Shown here piece by piece: positions 47,785 through 56,614 of a stretch of DNA of 64,000 nucleotides. The number at the start of each line of letters is the position of its first letter. Within the stretch, counting starts at the first letter, position 1. Location of the stretch: positions 67,507-131,506 of the forward strand of contig JBGQKI010000001.1 of the NCBI GenBank assembly GCA_041499475.1, given 5' to 3'. A program made the position numbers and the translations under genes. Source of the stretch: Thermoplasmata archaeon. GTDB taxonomy: Archaea; Thermoplasmatota; DTKX01; DATEUP01. A model generated the notes under the pieces. The model made no database searches and had not been told where the DNA came from. It saw only the letters and a program-made list of their open reading frames with translations.

Positions 47785-48717
47785 GGGCGCCCCTGCAAGT
47801 CCAATGAAGCCCAAGGCGGCCATGTAGACTGAAAATCCGTAGTGGAGGAGCACCGTTGTCCGCACACCTCCTTCGACCTTACGCGGGTCGGTGGACCGGA
47901 GTTGCTTGACGACGAATCCCGATGTCAATGCGATCAGAAACGTCGCCAGGAGGTTTGGGTCCATGGGCGACCAGGGCGGATTCCAGGGGAAGCGGGCCGC
48001 CACGAACAACATCAGGAAGACCGCGCCAAGCAGGAGAGCGTCAAGCACCAGACCGGCAGGGCGCGCGCCCATCCGCACGACGGGAGTGCGCTTCCCCTTC
48101 AGCGCGTCCTCGGCGGCGGGCGGAAAATAGCGCGCGAAGGAAATGGCGGCTGCGAAGAACCCAAACAGGGACCCAAGCAGAATGGTATTGGCGTAGAATG
48201 CGGGGTCCTGCGCATAGAACGCGCCAATGAACATGAGGGGCCCAAACGCGAGGAAAGTGGAAACCTCGCCGGCGCCTCGATAGGAGAGCTTGAAGGGCGC
48301 GCCGCTGTACGAGTAGGCGGCGACAAATCCGCCCAGTCCAAGAACGAGCAAAATGAGGTCCATGCGGACAGCGACGACCGCAAGGCCAAGGGCTGCCCCG
48401 AGGCCGAAGGCCCCGATCGTGAGCCGTTTTAGGGCTCGTTCCTCGAGTCCTAGGCGGCGCACGGCGCCGGCGTCGAAGACGAAGGTAGACCGCGGCGTTG
48501 CCGGTGCGGCCGCCAGGTCGCCCGACTCGATAAGCCCCTTCTGGATATTTGCCGCGACTTGAATGGCCAGAACGCTTGCAAGGACCAGCGCCATTACCAA
48601 CGCATCGAGGTGACCGCCGTTGCTTGCGGCCCCGAAGAGCGAGCCGGCGATGACCGGCCCGGCGCTCACCGGCAGCACGGGCACCTGCAGCGCCCGGAAC
48701 CAGTCGCGCGCCGCCAT
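47779..48717 (-). CDS. UbiA/MenA-like membrane protein with degenerate first Asp-rich motif
   Basis: Similar length and TM pattern to its neighbour, with APFKLSYRGAGEVSTFLAFGPLMF (compare PPLKLQYHGFGEVLVGAIFGPVLV). The catalytic motif position reads ANIQKGLIESGD. Confidence 0.7.
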   Translation of the reverse strand: MAARDWFRALQVPVLPVSAGPVIAGSLFGAASNGGHLDALVMALVLASVLAIQVAANIQKGLIESGDLAAAPATPRSTFVFDAGAVRRLGLEERALKRLTIGAFGLGAALGLAVVAVRMDLILLVLGLGGFVAAYSYSGAPFKLSYRGAGEVSTFLAFGPLMFIGAFYAQDPAFYANTILLGSLFGFFAAAISFARYFPPAAEDALKGKRTPVVRMGARPAGLVLDALLLGAVFLMLFVAARFPWNPPWSPMDPNLLATFLIALTSGFVVKQLRSTDPRKVEGGVRTTVLLHYGFSVYMAALGFIGLAGAPS

Positions 48718-48838
48718 CGCGCTCTCACCGGGGCGCCCCGTCTAAAGCCTATCGAGGCCCCCTTGAAGGCTCCGCGAGCCCACCCTTCGAAGGTCGTTTA
48801 TCAAAGAGTAAATACGGAGGTCTGGCATCGCGGGGCTG

Positions 48839-51800
48839 ATGTCGAAAGCAAGGCCGTTGGTGGCGCTTGGACTCCTCGGGCTGATGCTCTCTGCCTTGAC
48901 TCCCGTTGGCGCCGCTCCAGGCCAAGGCGCGCCTGCGCCGACATCGATCGAGCCGCTCTCGTTTTCATTGCCGTTTGTTTACCGCACGATGGAGGGCCTG
49001 CAAACGAACCTCATCAGTCCTTCGCCCACCTACGACCACCTCCACGATGTCGCCTGGGCGCCCGACGGGCACATGGCGCTCGCGGTGGGGAGCCACAACA
49101 CGCTCGTCGCCTTCGACCCGGCCGGCCCCTCCGCGCGCATCTTGCGCAACGGCACGCTTGGAAACCTCTACGGGGTCGCCTGGTCGGACGACTCGCAGAG
49201 CGCCCTTGCCGTAGGGTGGAATGGGGCGCTTGTGACCTATACTTCGCTCGGCGTGCAGGACCTGCCCAGCCAAGGGTTCACCGAGTGGCACGCCGCGGCG
49301 TTCGTCCCTGGCAGCGGGTTCCTTGTCGTTGGGCTCGGCGGCGCGATGTTCTTCCTCAATGGCACGACGCGCACGCCTGTGAGCTCCCCCACGACGAACG
49401 ACCTACTGGGCGTCGCCTACAACCCCGTCCTTGGCCGCGCCCTTGCCGTTGGCCGGGCGGGGACGGCGGTCGAGGTTTCCCCGACGGGCACGGCATCCCT
49501 TGTCGCCTCGCCGGTTGCCGACGACCTTCGCTCCGTGGGCTTCGAGTCGGACACGGGCAAGGGCCTGGTCGCTGGCGGGGCAGGCGTCCTGCTCTCCTAC
49601 CTCGGCGGCGCGCTTGCCAACGAGACGCACAACGCGACCGACGGCGGCTACTACGACATCTCGGTGAGCCGCTCGGGCGAGCCGGCCGTCGTGGCGATCC
49701 GCAACGGCAGCGTGGGCTCCCTCCTCTTCACGAATGCCTCGTACTCCAATTGGCTGACGGGCCGGATTTCTCTCGGCGGCGTGGAAGCCGTCGCGCGCGC
49801 GCCGTCCCAAGGTTACGTGCTCGCCACCGGCTTCTTCGGGGTTTTCGTACTCGCCTACCAAAACGGGACGCTTACGAATTTCTCCAACCCTTACCGCCCG
49901 ACGCTCACCGACGCATCTTGGCGCTCCACAGGCGACTTGGCCCTCCTCGTCGGGTTCAACGGCACGGTCATCCTATTCAACCGGACCTCGAACATGACAA
50001 ACGCGGTTCCGGTGCCGAGCGTGAACGCCAGCTTGCGGGGCGTCTCGTGGGCCGCCAACGGTTCGGAGGCGATCATCGTCGGTGGCTCGACCTTATGGCG
50101 CTACGATGCCGCGTCGGGCAACGTCTCGGAGCCGATCGGCCCCACCGCCTTAGACCTCTACGGCGTGGCCTTCAGGCCGGGCGCCACGGAGGCCGTCGTG
50201 GTGGGCTCCGCCGGGTTCGTCGGCGTGTGGAACGGATCGTCGCTCTTGCGCGTCTCCTCCACCTCGATTACGCAAGGGATCTTCACGGTCCGATGGCACC
50301 TCGACGCCGGCGGCAGCGGCGACTATGCGTACGCGGCGGGCGCCAACATCGCCGCGCGCTTCGACCCGCCGAACGCGGTTTCGACCGTAACCCGCATCGG
50401 GTCCTTCTTCGGCGTCGGGTTCATCGGCGACGACGTGTGGCTCGCCGGCAACGCCCACCAGATCCAGCGGTACGATTCTTCCAACGGGATTTGGGACAAC
50501 CTCTCGCTCCCCTCCGCGCTCTCCACCGTCCGCTTCACGCGCGCAGTCCCGCTGCCCTCCGGGGAAGGCTTGCTCCTCGTGGGCAACCAGTCTTTCAGCG
50601 GGTACCTCAACCTAACCCGTATGCTCCGCTTCGACACGGGGTTCCTTGCAGATTTCAACGGCGTCGAGTTCAACCCGGTGACGCGGGAGCCGCTCTTGTT
50701 CGGGGCATTCAGCCTCGCGTTTGACATGCGCGAGGGCACTTTCCCCAACCTGGCTCCTTTCGTCGTCCTCTCAAGCCCGACCAACGGCACCAACTGGACG
50801 TCCGCCGACACGATCACTTTCGACGCCTCGTCGTCGTACGACCTCGACGGCGACCCGATCACCACCACCTGGTGGGACAACATCACAGGGTACCTCACCG
50901 CCGCGCCCTCGTTTGCGACCCAATTGCCGGCCGGCCTCCACACGGTCACCGTGTTCGTCGACGACGGCCGGGGCCACAACGTCTCCGCTTCGGTGAACCT
51001 CTTCGTGGCGGTTGCCCAGTACGCGCCCGTACCGGTCATCGGCTCGCCGTCCGCCTCGTCGAACTATTCCGATGACGACAACATCACCTTCAGCGGCGCG
51101 ACCTCGTACGACCCCAACCCCACCGACACGCTCTCCTACCGCTGGACGCTCGACGGCTCGGAAGTCCTTGCCAATTCGTCGATCGTGGTGACCAAGCTGC
51201 GCACGGGGACCCACGTGGTGACGCTCAATGTGACCGACCAAACCCGGCTCTCCGCCGAGGCGACCGTCGTCCTCGTCATCCACCAGGGCGACGCGCCGCC
51301 CTTCCCGACCGTGGTGTCGCCCCAGGAGTCCGGGAGCTACGCCTCCAACATCCCCATCCTCTTCGACTCTACAGGCACCTTCGACAACGACTCCGCTTGG
51401 CTCACCTATGTTTGGCTTGTGGACGGCGCCGAGATCGGCCGGCTCCCCATCATGAACGCGACGCAACCTGCCGGAGCGCATACCGTGACCCTGCAAGTGA
51501 GCGACGGGGCCAAGACCTCGCAGATCGTCGTAAACATCCAGGTCGGCGGCCCCGTCGACCTGCCGCCGAAGTTCCTCTCCATCAACCCGCCGAACGGGAC
51601 CGTCCTTGTCGGTACCGTGGTTTTCAACGGCACCGTCGAGGCCGACCCTCAGGGGCCGGTGCGCTTCATCCGGTTCAGCATCAATGGCGGAAACCTCGAG
51701 ACCGCGGCCGGGTCCTCGTCGTCCTGGTCGGCGACCGTTGACACCACGCTGCTGCCCAACGGCACCATCATCGTCACGTTTCAAGCGATTGACAACGCCC

Positions 51801-52240
51801 ACGCCACGTTTGAAACTCGGTCGTACATCGTCGCCAACCCGTTTGTCGATGTGGTGCCCACCGTCGACTTCCTCACGCCTTCGTCCGGGTCGTACCTGCG
51901 CGGGACTGTGACGCTCGCGGGGTCGGTCAGCGACCCCGACACGCCGGTCGCCACGGTCGAGTACCGCATTGGCCAAGGGCCGTGGACGGCGGCGACGATC
52001 CAGGGGACTACCTGGACCGCGACGCTCGACACCGCCGGGCTCCCCGACGGCCCGGTGATCATCGAGCTGCGCGCCTTCGACGGCTACAACTACAGCAGTT
52101 CCTCGTTCGTAACGGTGAATGTCGACAATGGCGTGGTCGCCGAAGCGGGCCTGCCGCTCGAAACGCTCGCCCTTGCGGTCTTGGCCCTCGCGGCCGTCGC
52201 GGGAATTGCGTTCGTCCTGCTGAAGCGCAGGCGCGCCTAA
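48839..52240 (+). CDS. giant (1133 aa) surface protein: signal peptide, beta-propeller-like repeats, three PKD-like domains, Ig-like domains, C-terminal TM anchor
   Basis: Signal peptide MSKARPLVALGLLGLMLSALTPVGAAPG. Repeats of the type LYGVAWSDDSQSALAVGWNGALV. PKD-like DASSSYDLDGDPITTTWW, SYDPNPTDTLSYRWTLDG and FDNDSAWLTYVWLVDG. C-terminus LALAVLALAAVAGIAFVLLKRRRA. Confidence 0.85.
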   Translation: MSKARPLVALGLLGLMLSALTPVGAAPGQGAPAPTSIEPLSFSLPFVYRTMEGLQTNLISPSPTYDHLHDVAWAPDGHMALAVGSHNTLVAFDPAGPSARILRNGTLGNLYGVAWSDDSQSALAVGWNGALVTYTSLGVQDLPSQGFTEWHAAAFVPGSGFLVVGLGGAMFFLNGTTRTPVSSPTTNDLLGVAYNPVLGRALAVGRAGTAVEVSPTGTASLVASPVADDLRSVGFESDTGKGLVAGGAGVLLSYLGGALANETHNATDGGYYDISVSRSGEPAVVAIRNGSVGSLLFTNASYSNWLTGRISLGGVEAVARAPSQGYVLATGFFGVFVLAYQNGTLTNFSNPYRPTLTDASWRSTGDLALLVGFNGTVILFNRTSNMTNAVPVPSVNASLRGVSWAANGSEAIIVGGSTLWRYDAASGNVSEPIGPTALDLYGVAFRPGATEAVVVGSAGFVGVWNGSSLLRVSSTSITQGIFTVRWHLDAGGSGDYAYAAGANIAARFDPPNAVSTVTRIGSFFGVGFIGDDVWLAGNAHQIQRYDSSNGIWDNLSLPSALSTVRFTRAVPLPSGEGLLLVGNQSFSGYLNLTRMLRFDTGFLADFNGVEFNPVTREPLLFGAFSLAFDMREGTFPNLAPFVVLSSPTNGTNWTSADTITFDASSSYDLDGDPITTTWWDNITGYLTAAPSFATQLPAGLHTVTVFVDDGRGHNVSASVNLFVAVAQYAPVPVIGSPSASSNYSDDDNITFSGATSYDPNPTDTLSYRWTLDGSEVLANSSIVVTKLRTGTHVVTLNVTDQTRLSAEATVVLVIHQGDAPPFPTVVSPQESGSYASNIPILFDSTGTFDNDSAWLTYVWLVDGAEIGRLPIMNATQPAGAHTVTLQVSDGAKTSQIVVNIQVGGPVDLPPKFLSINPPNGTVLVGTVVFNGTVEADPQGPVRFIRFSINGGNLETAAGSSSSWSATVDTTLLPNGTIIVTFQAIDNAHATFETRSYIVANPFVDVVPTVDFLTPSSGSYLRGTVTLAGSVSDPDTPVATVEYRIGQGPWTAATIQGTTWTATLDTAGLPDGPVIIELRAFDGYNYSSSSFVTVNVDNGVVAEAGLPLETLALAVLALAAVAGIAFVLLKRRRA

Positions 52241-52348
52241 TCGGCGTTTCCCGACAATAAGGCCCCTGGGCCCCCCGGCCGCCCGAGTCCTCGTTTCACC
52301 AATCACTACAAAACTCTTAACACCTGACGCCGGCCACGTTGAGGCGCG

Positions 52349-53473
52349 ATGAAGACCGTCGTATTCTGCATCGACCGCGACAACGATGTCGGCGAGAAGG
52401 CTGGCGTCAAGGGCCCGATCATCGGGCGCAAGGACAACCTTGCGGCTGCGATGCGGCTCGCGCTTGCAGACCCGGAGGACACCGACCTCAACACGATCTT
52501 CATGGCCGTCAAGATCCACGACCAGATGAAGCGCGACGGGCGGGACGTCGAGGTCGTCACGCTGCTCGGCGACCGCGACGTTGGGCTCACCTCCGACGAG
52601 AAAATTTCCCACCAGATCGACGCCGTGCAACAGGTCCTGAAGGCCGAGGCCGCCGTCATCGTCACCGATGGGGCGGAAGATGAGTTCGTCCTGCCGCTCA
52701 TCCAGAGCCGGATGAAGATCATCTCGATCAACCGCGTCATCGTCAAGTCGCTCCCGACCGGAAAGGAGACCGTCTCGATCCTGCGCCGGTACATGCAGGA
52801 GGAGCGCTTCAAGATTCAACTGCTCCTGCCGCTGTCGCTCGTCGTGCTCTCTTACGCCATCTTCGGCGTATTCCGAGTGACCGAGTTTTGGCCGATCGCG
52901 CTCGCGTTCGTGGTCGGCGGCTACCTGGCGATGAACGCCCTCAACGTCGAGGAGGGCGTGCGCAACCTGATGCGCAATGTGCGCGTCGGCGTGGCGACTT
53001 CGAGGCTCACGCTTGCCGGCAACGCGGTGGCCGCGATCATCGTGGCGATCGGCGCAATCGTGTCGGCCCAGTTCATCCTCTCGGGCAGCTCGCCGCTGGG
53101 CATCGTCCTCAAGCGGGGCCAGGCTCCGGCCGATGTGCCGGGCATGCTGATCGCCTTCGCGCTCCTTTTTGCCCCCGTGATTTACACGGCGCTGCTCGTG
53201 CGCCTCACCTTCCGCGTGCTCGACTTCCGCCTCCGCCGGGGCAAGCACGCGGGCGGCCTGACGCTGCGCTTCCTGCCGCTCACGGGCTACGCCCTGCTGG
53301 GCTGGGGCGCGGCCGGCGTCTTCTCGGTAATCTTGGGGATGGCCTACGGGTTTGGCCTGTGGGCCTCGTTCGCCATCGGCGCGCTTGGCCTTGTCATCGT
53401 GTTTGCAGGCGCCCTTGTCGACCGCCGCTTCAAGGACCGCGTCTCGGCGGAAGCCGAAGAAGCGGGCGCCTAA
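52349..53473 (+). CDS. DUF373-family archaeal membrane protein
   Basis: N-terminal soluble domain MKTVVFCIDRDNDVGEKAGVKGPIIGRKDNLAAAMRLALADPEDTDLN...VTDGAEDEF, followed by about 6 TM helices. Confidence 0.75.
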   Translation: MKTVVFCIDRDNDVGEKAGVKGPIIGRKDNLAAAMRLALADPEDTDLNTIFMAVKIHDQMKRDGRDVEVVTLLGDRDVGLTSDEKISHQIDAVQQVLKAEAAVIVTDGAEDEFVLPLIQSRMKIISINRVIVKSLPTGKETVSILRRYMQEERFKIQLLLPLSLVVLSYAIFGVFRVTEFWPIALAFVVGGYLAMNALNVEEGVRNLMRNVRVGVATSRLTLAGNAVAAIIVAIGAIVSAQFILSGSSPLGIVLKRGQAPADVPGMLIAFALLFAPVIYTALLVRLTFRVLDFRLRRGKHAGGLTLRFLPLTGYALLGWGAAGVFSVILGMAYGFGLWASFAIGALGLVIVFAGALVDRRFKDRVSAEAEEAGA

Positions 53474-54207
53474 GCGAGCTTGCGGGCAAAAGTCAAGTAG
53501 CCCGTGTGGGCGAGCATTTCGAAGCTCGGGCGGCTCGCGCCCTCCCTTATCGCATGCTCGCGCTCCAGCACCTCGACGGTGCGCACGTCGGAAAAGTGGG
53601 CGGCCTCGAGGGCGGTCACCGTTTTCTCGGTCTGGTTCACCGTCGGGGAAAACGAGGCGAGGCGCCCGCAAGGCTTGAGCAGCCGCTGCGCGGGGGGCAC
53701 CGCTTGCCACGGGTCGGAAATGTCGATCACCACGGCGTCGGCGCCGGTCTCGGCGATGCCCGCCGTGCAGTCGCCCTCTCGCATTTCCCACCAGCCGCCC
53801 CACGGCGTGCGCGCCACGTTCTTCCGCGCGACCTCGATGTGGCGGGGGTTGATGTCGAGGGAGATGACGCGCCCCTCGGGGCCCACCGCGTGCAGCAGCG
53901 CAAGGGTAAGCGCGCCCGACCCCACGCCGAACTCCACGACAAAGGCGCCGGCGCCCACGGCGGTGTTCGCAAGGATCACCGCCGCGTCTTTGAGCGTGAT
54001 AATCTGCGCGCCCCGCCGCAGCAGGCGGATGAAGTCCGGCAGCGAAGGCCGCAGGAGGTGGACCGTCTGCGCGCCCACCGTAACAAATCCGCCCCACGGC
54101 GTGCCGACGAGCGTTTCGAGCTTGAACACGCCAAGGCCCTCCACCTTGGCGCCCTTCTCCGTCACCTCGGCAAGCGCCTCGTGGCGGTCCCAGCGGAAGA
54201 GCACCAT
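53470..54207 (-). CDS. trmI: tRNA (adenine-N1)-methyltransferase TrmI (Gcd14 family)
   Basis: LLRPSLPDFIRLLRRGAQIITLKDAAVIL, SAM motif VVEFGVGSGALTLALLHAVGPEGRVISLDI, and DAVVIDISDPW. The internal ATG at 54207 gives the typical length of about 245 aa. Confidence 0.85.
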   Translation of the reverse strand: MVLFRWDRHEALAEVTEKGAKVEGLGVFKLETLVGTPWGGFVTVGAQTVHLLRPSLPDFIRLLRRGAQIITLKDAAVILANTAVGAGAFVVEFGVGSGALTLALLHAVGPEGRVISLDINPRHIEVARKNVARTPWGGWWEMREGDCTAGIAETGADAVVIDISDPWQAVPPAQRLLKPCGRLASFSPTVNQTEKTVTALEAAHFSDVRTVEVLEREHAIREGASRPSFEMLAHTGYLTFARKLA

Positions 54208-54460
54208 GTCCCCCGAGGAAACGGAACTGGAGTGGCGACGAGCAGCCCCACCGGAAGGCGCGCTGGCTAGCCTTTCAGTTGAAGGGTCGCCTTTTCCCCT
54301 CTGTGAATCCACGCTTTTGTTCACTCCTCGTGTACGCATCGCGAGGGTCTATTATAACGCCTCACCCCAATGGGTTCTTCATGAACGTCCGCACCGTGCG
54401 AGACGCAGTGGAAGAACCTGAGATTCCGGCCGGGGATAGCCGCCGGCTGGAGGAGGGGCA

Positions 54461-54613
54461 ATGGCTTCTTTGACCGAAGGCCTCGAAAGCGTGCCGTGGC
54501 ACATCGTGATCCGCCCCGACTCGCGCCTGTGGTCGTTCCGCCTCTCGGCAGGGATGAGCGTGAGCACCTTCATGCGGACGCTCGCCCCGCCGGAGCCCCG
54601 GCCGCAGGATTGA
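54461..54613 (+). CDS. small ORF (50 aa) of unknown function with strong SD and downstream hairpin
   Basis: GGAGGAGGGGCA-ATG. MASLTEGLESVPWHIVIRPDSRLWSFRLSAGMSVSTFMRTLAPPEPRPQD. 44 of 50 codons end in G/C. It is too short for the ORF track. Confidence 0.45.
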   Translation: MASLTEGLESVPWHIVIRPDSRLWSFRLSAGMSVSTFMRTLAPPEPRPQD

Positions 54614-54621
54614 GCCGCTTC

Positions 54622-54667
54622 CCGACCGCGCGCCCCTCCGATCAAGCGCGGTCGGCTTTCTCCTTTC
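54622..54667 (+). terminator. 10-bp perfect hairpin followed by pyrimidine/T-rich tract
   Basis: CCGACCGCGC-(14 nt)-GCGCGGTCGG, then CTTTCTCCTTTC. It begins 9 nt after the small-ORF stop. Confidence 0.5.
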
Positions 54668-54721
54668 AAGAAAACTTCAAGTGGCCTGCGGCAAGTCCCT
54701 TTCCGAAAGGAAGGGCTTGCG

Positions 54722-55861
54722 ATCGACTTCGACCTCACCGACGAGCAACAGATGGTGCGCAAGGTCGCGCGGGACTTCGCCGAGACGCGTGTCAAGCCGA
54801 TTGCGGCGGAGATCGACCGGACCGCCAGGTGGCCCGCCGAGACCGTGGAAGGCCTGGCGGAGCTCGGGCTGCTTGGGATGATGGTGCCCGCGCAGTGGGG
54901 GGGCGCGGGCGCCGACTACGTGTCGTATGTGGGGGTCGTCGAGGAGCTGTCACGCGTTTGCGCTTCGACCGGGGTGATCCTCTCGGTCAACAACTCGCTC
55001 TTCGCATACCCCGTGTCGTCCTTCGGGACGCCTGAGCAGAAGGAAAAATACCTGCGCCCGATCGGAGAAGGCAAGAAACTCGGCTCCTACGCGCTATCGG
55101 AGCCCGCCGCCGGTTCCGACCCGGGGGCGCTCAAGGCTACCGCCAGGCCCGACGGCGAGTTCTACATCCTCAACGGCACGAAGCACTTCATCACGAACGG
55201 GCCCGCCTCGGACTTCTGCGTCGTCTATGCCAACGAAGACCTCTCGAAGGGGCACCGCGGAATCTCAGCGTTCATCCTCGAAAAGGGGATGAAGGGCTTT
55301 GATGTGGGCTCCGAGGAAGAAAAGCTAGGGATCCGCGCCTCCGGTTCCTGCGAAATGGTGTTCCACGACTGCGCGGTGCCTAAGGCGAACCGGCTGGGCC
55401 CCTCCGGGGAGGGGTTCAAGATCGCGCTGAAAACGCTCGACGCCGGCCGCATCGGGATCGCGGCGCAGGCGACGGGAATCGCGCAAGGGTCTCTGGACGC
55501 GGCCTGCGAATACGCGAAGAACCGCACGCAATTTGGCCAGAAGATCGGCAACTTCCAGGCGATCCAGTGGAAGCTTGCGGACATGGCGGTCGGCATCGAG
55601 GCCGCACGGCTGCTCACGCAGCGTGCGGCCTGGCTGAAGGACCGGGGCGAGCCGCACAGCTTAGAGGCCTCGGTCGCCAAGCTCTTCGCGTCGAACGTGG
55701 CGATGCAGGCCTCGACCGACGCCGTGCAGGTCTTCGGCGGAGTCGGCTACACGAAGGACTACCCCGTCGAGCGGTTCTATAGGGACGCGAAAATCACGGA
55801 GATCTACGAAGGCACGAGCGAGGTGCAGCACATCGTGATCTCGCGCGCGGTGCTGAAGTGA
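54722..55861 (+). CDS. acyl-CoA dehydrogenase (short/butyryl-chain type)
   Basis: The full ACAD pattern is present (PIAAEIDRTARWP, YALSEPAAGSD, GSCEMVFHDCAVP, QFGQKIGNFQAIQWKLADM, YEGTSEVQ). The conserved N-terminus IDFDLTDEQQ lies in frame upstream of the first ATG (54752). The start is provisionally set at the ATC at 54722, which is preceded by AGGAAGGG; 54752 is the fallback. Confidence 0.9.
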   Translation: MDFDLTDEQQMVRKVARDFAETRVKPIAAEIDRTARWPAETVEGLAELGLLGMMVPAQWGGAGADYVSYVGVVEELSRVCASTGVILSVNNSLFAYPVSSFGTPEQKEKYLRPIGEGKKLGSYALSEPAAGSDPGALKATARPDGEFYILNGTKHFITNGPASDFCVVYANEDLSKGHRGISAFILEKGMKGFDVGSEEEKLGIRASGSCEMVFHDCAVPKANRLGPSGEGFKIALKTLDAGRIGIAAQATGIAQGSLDAACEYAKNRTQFGQKIGNFQAIQWKLADMAVGIEAARLLTQRAAWLKDRGEPHSLEASVAKLFASNVAMQASTDAVQVFGGVGYTKDYPVERFYRDAKITEIYEGTSEVQHIVISRAVLK

Positions 55862-55946
55862 GCCGCTTTCGCTCTACCCCCCCACACCCTATACTACACG
55901 CGCGAGAATAGGGTGGGCGGGCGGGACGAAAAACGGAGGGGCGAGC

Positions 55947-56378
55947 GTGGAACACCACCGCGAAGGCGACCTGATCCTGGTGCGGCTCGACCGCGGCGAG
56001 GACCTGATCGGGAGCCTGCTTTCGGCGCTCAAGGCGAGCGGCGCACGGGGAGCCGCGGTGATGACCGGGCTTGGCGCCGTCGAGGATGTCGAGTTCGCAT
56101 ACTATGACCCCAAGGCGCGAACCTACGACCGAAAAGTCCTCGAGGTCTCCCACGAAATCCTCGGGCTCTCGGGCATTGTGGCAAGCGCCCCCGACGGCTC
56201 CTACCAGCCGCACTTCCACATCACGCTGGGGGGCCCCGACCACCGGGCCTATGGGGGCCACCTCTTCCGCGCACGCATCGCCGTGCTTGCGGAATTCGCC
56301 CTGCGGGTCGTCGACAACCCGAAGATGAGGCGCGAAAAGGAGCCGCAGTTCGGGCTGAACGCGCTGCGGCTCAATTGA
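55947..56378 (+). CDS. PPC / DUF296 domain protein
   Basis: LILVRLDRGEDLIGSLLSALKASGARGAAVMTGLGAVEDVEFAYYD...HFHITLGGPDHRAYGGHL matches the PPC fold signature. GTG start. Confidence 0.75.
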   Translation: MEHHREGDLILVRLDRGEDLIGSLLSALKASGARGAAVMTGLGAVEDVEFAYYDPKARTYDRKVLEVSHEILGLSGIVASAPDGSYQPHFHITLGGPDHRAYGGHLFRARIAVLAEFALRVVDNPKMRREKEPQFGLNALRLN

Positions 56379-56614
56379 GCCGTCCGGAGTGGGACGCGCC
56401 CGCTTAGCGTTGAAATTGCGTCTGCCGCAGGAAAGCAGCGTGAATTCCGCGCCGCACGCAATGGGCGGGCAGCTGCTCCGCCTGAAACACGTGATCGTGC
56501 GTTTCGTCCGCCCTTGGAGCGGCTGGGGAGTGTCGCCAGCATGTTCAATTCGCAACCCCGGTTGCGCGCGGCGAGGGACGGGCCACGATCCTCCTGCTTG
56601 CCGCCTTCGCCCTG

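Noticed and set aside
50771-54097. 1108-aa minus-strand ORF spanning the giant surface-protein gene, DUF373 and part of trmI
   Set aside because: It is antisense or off-frame to three well-supported genes. Its composition is the R/G/A/P/H-rich pattern typical of non-coding frames in high-GC DNA. No recognisable motif was seen.
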